From: a virus
IMG/VR virus record: IMGVR_UViG_3300033233_000015
Coordinates: 32,001-96,000 of that record
Length of the DNA: 64,000 bases
Reading direction: 5' to 3' (one strand)
The notes beneath the pieces are model-generated. The model saw only the letters and a program-made list of their open reading frames with translations. It did not search any database and was not told the DNA's origin. The number at the start of each line of letters is the position of its first letter. Position 1 is the stretch's first letter. Shown here one piece after another: positions 38,537 to 48,338 of the stretch. The position numbers and the translations under genes are program-made.

Positions 38537-39156
38537 TCGACCGCGACTACAACGTGAAGAACTTGGCGCTCTACGCGCCGCGCGTCGCGTGGGCGATGAT
38601 CGCGGGCATTCCGCGCGTCGCGTTCGCGGTGGACGTGCCGATTCAGTTCTCGTCGGCGACCGTCAACGCTCCCCCCGTCGTCGGGAGCTTTCAGAACTCG
38701 CTCACGCAGGACACCGTCATCGAACGTGTCTCGTTCTCGCTCTTCCAGCAGAACACGTTTCCGGGCTCTCCCTTCCAGACGCTCTACTTCGCGATGGCGA
38801 AGGCGATCAGTGGCGTCGGCGTGCAGATGAGCGTCTACGGGGGGCCGAAGTACAACGTGAACGACACGTTCACGGCGCTAGAGAACATGGCCGACGTGCT
38901 CGCGATCACGTGGCCGAGCGGATGGCCGCTCTACAAGGGCAGCAACGTCAAGGTGACGGCGGCGCTCCTCCAGACGCCGTTCTCGACGCCGTACGACGTG
39001 AACCTCACGTTCCTTGGCTGGCAGTTTCTCGACGCCGAGCTCGACGCGATGAGCGACTCGGAAGCTCGTCGTCGTTTGCGGGCGCTCGGACTCGAGTCAC
39101 CCGATCTCGCATCGCTCATCGGATCAGGGGGCGCGACGGCGCCACACAAGGAGTGA
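38533..39156 (+). CDS. putative structural protein, paralogue B
   Basis: shares KNLA, TQDT.IER, EN.ADVLA.TWP.GWPL, GWQF, MSD.EARRRL. Confidence 0.7.
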   Translation: MIDRDYNVKNLALYAPRVAWAMIAGIPRVAFAVDVPIQFSSATVNAPPVVGSFQNSLTQDTVIERVSFSLFQQNTFPGSPFQTLYFAMAKAISGVGVQMSVYGGPKYNVNDTFTALENMADVLAITWPSGWPLYKGSNVKVTAALLQTPFSTPYDVNLTFLGWQFLDAELDAMSDSEARRRLRALGLESPDLASLIGSGGATAPHKE

Positions 39157-39159
39157 GTC

Positions 39160-39642
39160 ATGGCATTTCGAATCGGTAGAAAGCACGCGCAGCACACGTA
39201 CCCGGAGCCGAACAGGGGCAGCCAGGCGTTGTCGCTGGCACATGGGTGGGCGGACAACCCGACCGACGTAGCGATCGGGGTGGGAAATACCACCGTCGCG
39301 AGCGTGCCCGTAACCCCCAAAGTCACCGGCAAGTTTCGTGTGACGGCGACGTTCACGCCGACGAACACGGACACGGGCGTGCCGCACAACATCGTGCCGC
39401 TTCTGCGCCACGCGGGAGCACCGCCCGTCACCGACTACACGCCGGGGACGCCTACGCGCCTCGAAGTGGCGGCCGCGGGCAACGAGGCCATCGCGACGGG
39501 CGCGTTCACGTTCGAGTACACCGTCGCGTTTCCGGTAGGTCAACCGGTCACGCTTCTCCTCACGCTCTCGGACGCGGCCTCGCCTGGGGTGACGGTCTTC
39601 GCGCACTCCGCGCAGCTCCTCGTCGAAGAAGTGGGGAACTGA
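39160..39642 (+). CDS. beta-rich putative virion protein
   Basis: AAGGAG RBS; IGRKHAQHTYP N-terminal motif. Confidence 0.65.
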   Translation: MAFRIGRKHAQHTYPEPNRGSQALSLAHGWADNPTDVAIGVGNTTVASVPVTPKVTGKFRVTATFTPTNTDTGVPHNIVPLLRHAGAPPVTDYTPGTPTRLEVAAAGNEAIATGAFTFEYTVAFPVGQPVTLLLTLSDAASPGVTVFAHSAQLLVEEVGN

Positions 39643-39655
39643 GGTCCACGCTCGC

Positions 39656-40534
39656 ATGAACAACGTCATTCGCCTTCAAGACAAGCGCGGCGGTGTGGGG
39701 ACGAACCTCCCCGGCGCGGCGGTGTGTCGAGGGCGATACGAAATCGTGTCCGCGTCGCTCGATCCCGATCTCGCGTTCATCGGAAGCGATCCGTACAACA
39801 CGAGCGACTTCACGGGCGTCATCGTTCCTGCGGTGCCGTCGTCCTTTCTTGGCACCGGTCAGCGCTATCTCTTCATGCTCGCGCGCGCGCAGTTCAGTTC
39901 GGGACAAGAGGGGGTTCATCTAGTTGGTGTCCGCCTCTACGCTGATCTCGTCGCGCGCGTTCCGCAAGAGGACGCTCCCACGCTCGTCTTTCACAAGGAG
40001 ATCACGCACCCGATGTTCCATCCACCCGATGGCAACATCTCGTTCCATGTGATGGTCCTCGACAAGACGTGGCGCGACAGAAGGAACGCGTTCAACGCAG
40101 ACACGAGGACGTTCCAAGACAGCTTCTCTCCATCGCTGCTCTTTCAGACGCCCGAAGCTGCGGGCTACACGCCGCCGAACGGCGGACGAGCCTGGGGAAC
40201 TCCGCTCGACGCCTCACTCGGCAACATCCACGAGCTCCGATGGCCGTGGCGAGACAGCAAGATCGAGCACACCCTGCGCGTGCCCATCCCCATCCCGAGC
40301 GACATCGCCATCTTCGCGTCGGTCAGGCAGAACGATCCCGCTATGAACCCGAGCGCGGCCGGGTTGTCCGCGCAGCAGTTCGCGGCGCTCGATCCTGAGG
40401 AGCAGTTCCTCACTTCGTTCTTTACGGTCGCGCAGTACGGGCGCATCTCCGCATCGCTCGTCTTCGAGGGGGATTCGTTTTTGTACGGCAGCGAGGGATG
40501 CAAGTCCGAGGACTCGCGGGAGAAGTGCCGATGA
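39656..40534 (+). CDS. hypothetical (putative virion) protein
   Basis: GAGG RBS, long ORF within the operon. Confidence 0.65.
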   Translation: MNNVIRLQDKRGGVGTNLPGAAVCRGRYEIVSASLDPDLAFIGSDPYNTSDFTGVIVPAVPSSFLGTGQRYLFMLARAQFSSGQEGVHLVGVRLYADLVARVPQEDAPTLVFHKEITHPMFHPPDGNISFHVMVLDKTWRDRRNAFNADTRTFQDSFSPSLLFQTPEAAGYTPPNGGRAWGTPLDASLGNIHELRWPWRDSKIEHTLRVPIPIPSDIAIFASVRQNDPAMNPSAAGLSAQQFAALDPEEQFLTSFFTVAQYGRISASLVFEGDSFLYGSEGCKSEDSREKCR

Positions 40535-41163
40535 GGTGCCCGTACGTGCAGAACATGGTGACGGGGCAGGTCGAGAGCGAACCTGCTGGACCCAATGATG
40601 CGGGCATCGAGCGTTCGCTCCGATGTTTCGCCGAGTACATCAACAGCATGGGGCTCGGAGACGGAGGAAACATGATTTCGTACGGTGGACGCCCCGTAGC
40701 GGGCTTCGGTGTGCTCGACAACCTCGGCCTCTCGGGTGCCGACATCTACAACGCTCTGTCCAGCGATCAGCGGACGTGGCTCGCCTCGGCGATGCAGACG
40801 TTCGAAGGAGCTCGCAGGGACGCTGGCGCGTCGGCGTGCCCGGAGTGGCCGCAGACGTTTCAGACGGTCGCGGACTTCCAGGCAGCCGTCGCGTGCACGC
40901 AGGCGTGGATCAACGCCGGCAACCCCGGCCTTCTTCGCACCGACGGCGTCATGGACGAATCCACGCTCTGCGCGATCCAGTTCGAGGCGTACAAGATGCC
41001 CCCCTACGCGCAGAACAGATTCCCCGATCCGTCGGGCAAGTTCTGCAAGTCGATGACGACGACGGAGAAGAAGTCGAACACCGTCTACTACGTCGCTGGC
41101 GGCGTCGCGGCGGCGCTGGCCGTCGGCGCGGCGATCGTCTACTCGAGAAAGCGAGCTGCGTGA
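40531..41163 (+). CDS. tail-anchored protein with GGRPVAGFG motif and PG-binding-like motif; possible internal start 40672
   Basis: GGAGG before ATG 40672; LRTDGVMDESTL; C-terminal TM + RKR. Confidence 0.65.
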   Translation: MRCPYVQNMVTGQVESEPAGPNDAGIERSLRCFAEYINSMGLGDGGNMISYGGRPVAGFGVLDNLGLSGADIYNALSSDQRTWLASAMQTFEGARRDAGASACPEWPQTFQTVADFQAAVACTQAWINAGNPGLLRTDGVMDESTLCAIQFEAYKMPPYAQNRFPDPSGKFCKSMTTTEKKSNTVYYVAGGVAAALAVGAAIVYSRKRAA

Positions 41164-42314
41164 TGCTCGACTACAAGGTCCGTCATGGCGACTCGCCCGC
41201 CGCCATCGCGCGCCGCTACGGCGTGTCGGTGACCTCGCTCGTCGGGGCGAACCCGCAGAAGCACACGACCGTCGTCGCGGGTCAGCAGACGTGGCGCTCC
41301 TTGCACATCGGAGAGGTCGTGCGCGTTCCGTCGGCTCGAGTCGGGCTCGCGGGACAGACTTCGGTGGACGTCGGTGCGTCACCCATCGGATCGAAGACGC
41401 CGACGATCACCGCGTTCATTACGAACTCGGATCAAGCAACCATCGGCGGCGACGTGCAGTTCTTCGTGGACGGGAACTTCGTTGGCGCCGCTTCGGTCAT
41501 CCCTCAAGGCGGCGGCAGTTCGACCGCAAGCGTGACCCTCGCCGACGAGCTCTCGCCCGGTAACCACACGTTCGATGCCGCGTACTCGGGAGATCCTTCG
41601 AACGACGCGGGCCGAGGATCGGTGACGTTCTCGGTCGCAGGCGGCGGTGGCGGAGGCGGCGGAGGTCGCTACTCGAGCACGATCGTCGCTGCCGCGCAGG
41701 CGCTCGACGCGCAACTCGTCGCGAAAGGCTGCTGCGGCTGCGGCGATGCGGCGTCTGCCCTCAGCGCAGTGGTCATGGCCTTCAAGAGATCGATCCTCAC
41801 GAACCCCTCGCAGTGGGGCGTCCCTGGCATCGGAAACGCTGCCACCGTGACGGGCAGCACGATCGACGTCTCGAACGATCAGTGTCAGCACGCGTTCGGC
41901 AACGGCACGATCAACGATCTGCGTGCCGTGCTCGGATCGGGCATGCGGTACTCAGGCGGTCCGTGCGCGACGTGGAACGGAGCAGGTAACTGCCCGTGCA
42001 CGAACACGGGCTCGAACTGCGGACAGCAGCCGCCTTCGCAGACGTTCCCGTGTCCGGCAGGAACCGTCAAAGAGGGTCAGCAGGTCGCGAACATCCTCAC
42101 CGACTGCGGCGGCCCGAAGCAGCCTCCGCGCGGCTGCTCGACGAACAACCCCTGCCCGTCAGGTCAGCAGTGCCAAAGCGGCCAGTGCATCACGCCTCCG
42201 AGCTCGGGCGGAGGCGGCGGAAGCGCGGGCGCGCTTCTCGCTGGCGTCCTGCTCGTTGGCGGCGGCATCGCAGCCACCACGATCGCCATGAAGAGAAAGA
42301 AGCGTCACCCGTGA
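41163..42314 (+). CDS. LysM + Ig-like + Cys-rich tail-anchored protein
   Basis: YKVRHGDSPAAIARRYG; GDVQFFVDG..GNHTFDAAYSGD; C-terminal TM + KRKKR. Confidence 0.8.
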   Translation: MLDYKVRHGDSPAAIARRYGVSVTSLVGANPQKHTTVVAGQQTWRSLHIGEVVRVPSARVGLAGQTSVDVGASPIGSKTPTITAFITNSDQATIGGDVQFFVDGNFVGAASVIPQGGGSSTASVTLADELSPGNHTFDAAYSGDPSNDAGRGSVTFSVAGGGGGGGGGRYSSTIVAAAQALDAQLVAKGCCGCGDAASALSAVVMAFKRSILTNPSQWGVPGIGNAATVTGSTIDVSNDQCQHAFGNGTINDLRAVLGSGMRYSGGPCATWNGAGNCPCTNTGSNCGQQPPSQTFPCPAGTVKEGQQVANILTDCGGPKQPPRGCSTNNPCPSGQQCQSGQCITPPSSGGGGGSAGALLAGVLLVGGGIAATTIAMKRKKRHP

Positions 42315-42523
42315 AGAAGACCGTTCACGAAGAGACGATCTGCTGCAACTCGAAGCGTTGCCCAACGCTTCGCGTCTTCGAAGATGGATCGATCGAGATC
42401 CGCGACAACGACGCAGAGAACGAGTCAGTCGGCGTGGTGAAGTTTGATCGCGAGCAGGCGCTTCTGCTCGCGAAACGGATCGTGGAGAAGAGCGGATGAC
42501 GTACGAAGTAAGGAGATCCTGAG

Positions 42524-42847
42524 ATGACGTACGTCGCGCTCATCGGTCTCGTGCTCGTCCTCGTGCGGAGCTCGATCTTCAATCGGCTCAGGCCGAAGCT
42601 GAAGATTCTCGCATGCGCGCAATGCACCGGATGGTGGGTGGGCCTCTTCGCGTGGAAACTGGTCCCGTCCGTCTCGGACATCTCGTTCATGGGTGTGCGT
42701 TACGTCGACGCCCTCGTGAGCGCGTTCTCGATGAGCGCGATGGCCTTCCTAGCGAACTCGGTTCTCACGCATCTCGTGGGTGAGGTGCTGACCGTCTCAG
42801 AAGCGGAGAAGAAACATGCGACGCAAGCTGACAACGCTCAGAAGTAA
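42524..42847 (+). CDS. DUF1360-like membrane protein
   Basis: TM segments and CAQCTGWW. Confidence 0.5.
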   Translation: MTYVALIGLVLVLVRSSIFNRLRPKLKILACAQCTGWWVGLFAWKLVPSVSDISFMGVRYVDALVSAFSMSAMAFLANSVLTHLVGEVLTVSEAEKKHATQADNAQK

Positions 42848-43050
42848 GCAGGGGCACTCGCAGAACGGAGCTCCGCGGACGCTCATCGACCTCGCGCTCT
42901 ACCGAGAGCATCGCGCGGCGATCAATTTTTTGATCTTCCCCCCGAGGCGTTACGACTCGGAGTATTCGGGGTGGAGCAACGCCTCACGTCCTCGAGATCA
43001 GGCGATCAGTCTTCGGGGCACGTTCCCGAACCAAGGGTGAGGCATAGGCC

Positions 43051-44412
43051 ATGAGGGGAAACGCGGTCCCGTTCGCGGCGCAGACATATCCTCAAGCGAG
43101 ACCGGGATCTCCGCTCACGCCCAACATCCTTTCGCAGCCGTCGATCTTCATCGATCGCGTCAATGGCAGCGACTCGAACGGAGGCACAACAGCGCTCACG
43201 CCGTTGAAGACGTGGCGCGAATACTGGAAGCGGATGTCGCTTGCAGCGGTGCCATTTCTAGCGATCTTCTTGCAAGCCGATCAGGCGGTGCAGTACCTCG
43301 ACACGCTCACTGCCGCCGACGCGCGCGTGACGTCCGATCCTGTCTTTCTATCTGGCTACTGCATCAACAATCAGCGCTTGCTCACGATTCGTGGGACGTT
43401 CAAGGAAGAGCGCGCGAGCACGTTCACCGCAGCGACGCAGCACGTGCTCGGTGGCAACGTCCCCTTCCAAGCAACGGATCCGACCGTCGTCAGTTGGGCT
43501 ACGGACGTCGGAAAGATCGTGCTCCAAGCAGGGCCTAAAGCCTTCCTCGTCGACAAGGATCTCGGGGCGGGTGCTGCACGCTTCTCGCAACCGATGACCG
43601 ACGCCGACGTCTTCTTCGCGGCGCTCACCACGATCACGGTCGGCGCCTACCAGATGGGCACGTACACGTCGATCATCACGAGCGATCTTTGCGTCAGCGG
43701 TGGCGGCCAAGCGTTCGCAGGTGAAGTGCGCTTCGACAAGTTCGCGTTCGGCGACGGCTCCAACGAGGTCGCGCCGACTGTAAACGCGCCACTGTCGGGC
43801 GTCATCACGTTCACGCAATGCATCTTTCACGACTACGTGTCCGCGGGTCACGACGTATGGATGCAGAACTGTTGGTTCGGGCTTGGTTTCGGCTCCGTGT
43901 TCGCAGCCTCGTCCGACAATGCGATCATCCTTGGCGGCTCGCACGATCCGGCCGGCTTCTTCACGCTCTCGGGCGGCATCATCGTGGACGGCAACTTCTA
44001 TCTGAAGAGCCCCACCAGTGTGTTCACGATCATCCCGGCGCGCATTGGCCTCCTCGCGCTGCTCGACAACGCGGCGCTCAATCTTCAGTTCGGCACCACG
44101 ATGCTCTTCAAAATCTACGCCTTCGGTGCGCGATCGATTTGGGGCAACACCGCTGCTGCGAGCGTGTTCATCAGTAACAACGGATCGTCGTTCATTTGGG
44201 GTGGCGCCGGCTTCGTGGTCGCCGACTGCCCGATCGTTGGCGCGCAGGTGTCGAACGACAAGTTCGGCGCGACGTCGTTTCCGTTCGATCCGGCTGGTCC
44301 GGGGTTCGCGGCGGCAGCAGCGACGACGCTCGCGAACATCGCCGCCGCTCCTCCGGGGGGCTACGGCGGCACGCTCGCGGACCCTCGTCTGAACAGCAGC
44401 TTCGGAGACTGA
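43051..44412 (+). CDS. beta-helix-like spike / receptor-binding protein candidate
   Basis: FIDRVNGSDSNGGTTALTPLKTW motif typical of beta-helix proteins; G/S/F-rich body. Confidence 0.55.
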   Translation: MRGNAVPFAAQTYPQARPGSPLTPNILSQPSIFIDRVNGSDSNGGTTALTPLKTWREYWKRMSLAAVPFLAIFLQADQAVQYLDTLTAADARVTSDPVFLSGYCINNQRLLTIRGTFKEERASTFTAATQHVLGGNVPFQATDPTVVSWATDVGKIVLQAGPKAFLVDKDLGAGAARFSQPMTDADVFFAALTTITVGAYQMGTYTSIITSDLCVSGGGQAFAGEVRFDKFAFGDGSNEVAPTVNAPLSGVITFTQCIFHDYVSAGHDVWMQNCWFGLGFGSVFAASSDNAIILGGSHDPAGFFTLSGGIIVDGNFYLKSPTSVFTIIPARIGLLALLDNAALNLQFGTTMLFKIYAFGARSIWGNTAAASVFISNNGSSFIWGGAGFVVADCPIVGAQVSNDKFGATSFPFDPAGPGFAAAAATTLANIAAAPPGGYGGTLADPRLNSSFGD

Positions 44413-44415
44413 TCG

Positions 44416-44742
44416 ATGAACCCCGACAAGCGATTTCAACTCGTGTGCCGCGGCCATATCGTCGACAGCGAAGACGAGCTCGAGGTCGCGGAATCGAATC
44501 TCGCGCACCGCAAGGAGTTCGGCTGCACCGCAGTGGAAGCGGAAGCGCGGGCCGAGCGCATTGCCTCACGGTCGCAAGACCCCGAAGATCACGAGGTCAT
44601 CCTCGCACGACTTCTCGAACAGCTCCGCGAAGAGACTAAGTTCGACGAGCGCCGCATTAGTCGTTTACGCAAGGATGATCCGTGGACGATCGTGGACGCG
44701 ATGACCAACGAGATCGTTTTTCCCGCAAGCCTTCAGGAGTAA
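44416..44742 (+). CDS. hypothetical protein
   Basis: GGAG RBS. Confidence 0.6.
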   Translation: MNPDKRFQLVCRGHIVDSEDELEVAESNLAHRKEFGCTAVEAEARAERIASRSQDPEDHEVILARLLEQLREETKFDERRISRLRKDDPWTIVDAMTNEIVFPASLQE

Positions 44743-44748
44743 CGAACC

Positions 44749-44982
44749 ATGGGATCCATCATCGGTCGAGGCAGATACGCACGCGAGACGTACCCCCAGG
44801 TGCCCACGTCGGGGTCTCCGCTGACGCCGAGCATCCTGACGCAAGCGGCCCTCTTCTTGAAGCCGCAGACAGGGAGCGACGCGGCAGACGGCCTCACGCC
44901 CGCTACGGCGATCAAGACCTGGCGCGAATACTGGCGCCGCATGTGCGTCGCGCCGAACGCCATCACGGTGCCTGGTAGTTGA
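44749..44982 (+). CDS. short paralogue of the N-terminus of 43051..44412
   Basis: TYPQ..GSPLTP.IL.Q...GSD..G.T..T..KTWREYW.RM shared. Confidence 0.7.
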   Translation: MGSIIGRGRYARETYPQVPTSGSPLTPSILTQAALFLKPQTGSDAADGLTPATAIKTWREYWRRMCVAPNAITVPGS

Positions 44983-45004
44983 GTTACAATCAGGGAGAAC
45001 GCGC

Positions 45005-46261
45005 ATGAAGTCGAGCCTCGAAGAAGCGCACTACAGCGAACTGCTCTATCTCGTTCAGATGGCGCTCGCGCGCGCGTCATCCGCCAGCGGGCTCTTGCTG
45101 GCCGGCAACGTCGTCGGGCCGCTCGGAGCAAACCGCGTCGTCGAGCTGAGTGGCGACTCGATCACGAAGCTCGTCGCGCTCGATTCGGGAGCTACGATCA
45201 GGCAAATGCAAACCGGGACAGCGGCAGCCCCCTCGACGGAAGTGCCACTCGTCCTTCAGCCGCGCCTGACGACGGACGGCTTAGCGAAGTCGCCGTTCGT
45301 GATGGAGATGGCTTCGTATCTGTTCGCGACAACCTACGATGAGGTCGTCGACTTCGGCTGGAACATGAACAGCGCAGAGCCGACGCTCCCAACGATCCGT
45401 GATAGCTGGGAAACCGACTACGAGATTTTCCCCGGCATTCATCAAGCCGAGATGCACAAGCAGTTCAGTCGGCTCGGTGGTGGTGGTGGCGACACGTACC
45501 GCTGGATCACCTCCGGTTTTCGATACGCCTCGCATCGTGGAACGTCTGCTCTTCAGTGGCGCGACGGTACGGGCGGCACCGATCCCGATGGCGGCGACGC
45601 TGGCTACACCAACATTGGTGAAGTCACCGGCAACCCGACGATGACGTTCGCGACCGCTGGAATCACGACGAACACGAAGAACATCAACTTCCTCGCGGTA
45701 GGGACGTGGCTGCTCGACGGCGGGACGAAGACCGACAACATCGCCGCCCCCAACAGCATGGTCTTCAAGCCGCAAGCCCCGTTCGCGGGCGCCACGCTCG
45801 GGAATCGGAATCCAGGCAACTACGAGATCGACCTGGCCGTTCCCATCGCGGGAGGGAGCGAAGCGAACGTCATCGTCCGGCGAGGCGTCAACATCATCTA
45901 CGAGCTGTCAGCGGGATCGACGACGTGGGCGGACGCGACCGGAGCGTCTTACTTCGAGATCGTTCTTTCTGGCGTCTCGACTCAACTCGTCGGCCTTTCG
46001 CCAGGCACGATGTACGTGTCAAACAATGCTGGCGCTCTGCAACTCACGGCGACGACCGGCGTCTATCTCCTCGCGGGCGCGGGGGACCAGTGTCACTTTT
46101 ACGTAGCCGGTGTAGAGCTGGCGCAAGTGGCCGCTAACGGCGTCGCGAATCAGACGTCGCTCGTCGTGGCATGCGACGCTGCAAACACGTTGAGCCGAGT
46201 GACACTGGGTGCGGCCAACTCGGGCGGCGCTGGGTTCCGCGTACTTCGTGTCCCGAACTGA
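45005..46261 (+). CDS. fibre-like virion protein
   Basis: LAGNVVGPLGANRV; C-terminal RVTLGAANSGGAGFRVLRVPN; beta-rich. Confidence 0.55.
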   Translation: MKSSLEEAHYSELLYLVQMALARASSASGLLLAGNVVGPLGANRVVELSGDSITKLVALDSGATIRQMQTGTAAAPSTEVPLVLQPRLTTDGLAKSPFVMEMASYLFATTYDEVVDFGWNMNSAEPTLPTIRDSWETDYEIFPGIHQAEMHKQFSRLGGGGGDTYRWITSGFRYASHRGTSALQWRDGTGGTDPDGGDAGYTNIGEVTGNPTMTFATAGITTNTKNINFLAVGTWLLDGGTKTDNIAAPNSMVFKPQAPFAGATLGNRNPGNYEIDLAVPIAGGSEANVIVRRGVNIIYELSAGSTTWADATGASYFEIVLSGVSTQLVGLSPGTMYVSNNAGALQLTATTGVYLLAGAGDQCHFYVAGVELAQVAANGVANQTSLVVACDAANTLSRVTLGAANSGGAGFRVLRVPN

Positions 46262-46492
46262 GGAGAGATCGGTGTCTAGCAAAAAGTCTGCGGCGCAAAT
46301 CGAACACGAGAAGGCTTCAGCGAGGCTCGCGCAAGCGCACGGGGCGACCAGCAAGGCGCACAAGGCTTGGCAAGATGCCGTGAGTGCCGAGCAAGCGGCC
46401 GATCACGCGCTCCGCGACGCGAAAAAAGCTGCGTCCGACGAGAGGCGCCGACAGATGCCGAAAGATCACGCCGCCGAGATCGAGATCAAGTC

Positions 46493-46828
46493 GTGACCGA
46501 CATCAAGCTCACGCAGAAAGAAGCCGACGAACTTCGTACGCGCCAGCAGATGCTCAACGAAGCAACGCTGCGCGTGGGCCAGATCGACCTCGCGATGGCC
46601 GAGCTCGAAGGGCAGCGTCATCAGGCGCGCACGGAAGCGATGCGCCAGACGCAGGAACTTCGATCAGCAGCCGAGCGCGCGGGGACGGCACACGGCATCG
46701 TCAACCCGATTGGGTGGAAGCTGGACATTCAAGAGGGCGTCCTGCGCTCAAACGCGCCGTCGTCTTCGGCGACCGTCACGCCCATTCGTCCCAACGGGAA
46801 GAAGAACGGGCATCCGCAACCAAGGTGA
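46493..46828 (+). CDS. coiled-coil hypothetical protein
   Basis: coupled GTG start. Confidence 0.55.
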   Translation: MTDIKLTQKEADELRTRQQMLNEATLRVGQIDLAMAELEGQRHQARTEAMRQTQELRSAAERAGTAHGIVNPIGWKLDIQEGVLRSNAPSSSATVTPIRPNGKKNGHPQPR

Positions 46829-46831
46829 AGT

Positions 46832-47248
46832 TCACCGCCGCGGCGGATCGCTCGTCGGCGACGTCACGCGCGGGATGCCTCCAGACGGATACCGCTGCAT
46901 CGCTTGAAGGATCTGCGCGAGCTGCGCGCGCACGCTCTGCATCGCAGCGTCGAACAGATCGCGCGTCACGACCGTGCGCTTGATCTCGGCCACGTCTTCC
47001 GAGAGCGCATCGTGGTTCGCCTTGACGCCGTTCACTTCGCCCTGAAGCCGCGTCGTTGCCACTTCGTCGGCGTGGAGTTGCTCTCGCAAGATGTCGCGAC
47101 TCGCCTCGAGAAGCGCGATGCGTCGCTCGAGCTCGCGCTTGTCGTTGCCGTAGGCGTACCGAGAAACCACGAAGAGCACGCCGAGGAGCGCCGAGAGGAT
47201 CGCCGTTCCCACCGATACGACCAGCGACAGCGGCACCTGCGTCTCCAC
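46832..47248 (-). CDS. TM + coiled-coil protein (holin/spanin-like)
   Basis: N-terminal TM followed by heptads. Confidence 0.55.
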   Translation of the reverse strand: METQVPLSLVVSVGTAILSALLGVLFVVSRYAYGNDKRELERRIALLEASRDILREQLHADEVATTRLQGEVNGVKANHDALSEDVAEIKRTVVTRDLFDAAMQSVRAQLAQILQAMQRYPSGGIPRVTSPTSDPPRR

Positions 47249-47439
47249 GGCTACAACTCGTCGAGGTGTTCAGCGTGAAGCGGAATCGACCACCCATCCT
47301 CTTCGTCGACGGTCGGCGGCCACTCTTCGGGCACGTCGTAGTCCACCTGCGTCACATCGGAGAAGAACGGGGAAGGGGCGGGGATCGTGTCGCGGGGATG
47401 CACTCGGCAAGCATACCACCGTGAGGTAGACTGATCCCG

Positions 47440-47673
47440 ATGATCGATGAGGCGGAATTGAAGGAGCGCGCGAACGCGGCCCTCGCCGGCAAGAGCAAGA
47501 ACTACGTCGACGATGTGACGTACTTCGCTCGCGCCATCGAAGAACTTCTCGGAGAGCGTGCTTCTCTGAATCTGGAAAACAAGACGCTCAATGACAACGT
47601 GACCGCGTTGCAGATCGCCGGCACCGCGCTCGTGCGCGAGAACCGTCGCCTGAAGGGAATCGAGGACACATGA
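47440..47673 (+). CDS. small coiled-coil protein, paralogue of 60758..60982
   Basis: DEAEL.ERA...GKSKNYVDD. Confidence 0.6.
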   Translation: MIDEAELKERANAALAGKSKNYVDDVTYFARAIEELLGERASLNLENKTLNDNVTALQIAGTALVRENRRLKGIEDT

Positions 47674-48338
47674 TCGCAAAGACCGTCGGGCCCGGCTTGT
47701 GGGCTGATACGAGTGAAACGCTCACGCTCGCGCACTACCAGTTTCTCGCGAAGGCGGGCTACCGCGGCGTCTTCCGCTACGTGCCGCTTGCTGGAGGAGG
47801 CGGAGGCATCAAGCTCGCCGAGCTCCAACTCGCGCTCAGCGTGACGTGCCCCGACGGATCTCCGTTCGGGATTCAGTTCGTGCAGTTCGCGCGATCGAAC
47901 GGCATCAACGCCGCGAACGGCGCTGCCGACGGGCAAGCCGCAGCCGACTACGTGCTCAAGACGCTCGGCGTTCCGAACAACGTGTGCGTGTGGCAAGACC
48001 TTGCGCCCGGTCCGAAACAAGCGTGCATCGACTACTCGAACGCGAACTACGCCGCGATGCAGGCACACGGCATCGCCTCGAGCGCACCAGGCATGTACGC
48101 CGAGCCCGGCTACCCGCTCACGGCTGACGAACGCTACGCGCTGCTCCACCTCCACCGCTATTGGGCGACGGCCGCGAACGATCCGCAGAAGTTTCCCGCT
48201 CACCGCGGTTGCCAAGTGATCCAGCTTTGGGAGAGCTCGCAGGGGCAGTTCTTCCCCGAGCCTGGATTGGTGATCGATGCTGACGCGATCCAGCGCGATT
48301 ACTTCGGCGACTTCCCTGTCGCGGTCGTGGCGGGATGA
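47670..48338 (+). CDS. DUF1906/GH25-like glycoside hydrolase (endolysin candidate)
   Basis: AGYRGVFRYV, GAADGQAA..LGVP..VCVWQDL. Confidence 0.7.
   Translation: MIAKTVGPGLWADTSETLTLAHYQFLAKAGYRGVFRYVPLAGGGGGIKLAELQLALSVTCPDGSPFGIQFVQFARSNGINAANGAADGQAAADYVLKTLGVPNNVCVWQDLAPGPKQACIDYSNANYAAMQAHGIASSAPGMYAEPGYPLTADERYALLHLHRYWATAANDPQKFPAHRGCQVIQLWESSQGQFFPEPGLVIDADAIQRDYFGDFPVAVVAG

Noticed and set aside
42848-43050. possible ncRNA (GAGGCGTT/AACGCCTC and TTCGGG/CCCGAA stems)
   Set aside because: only two short stems and overlapped by a possible small ORF; not distinguishable from chance in GC-rich DNA
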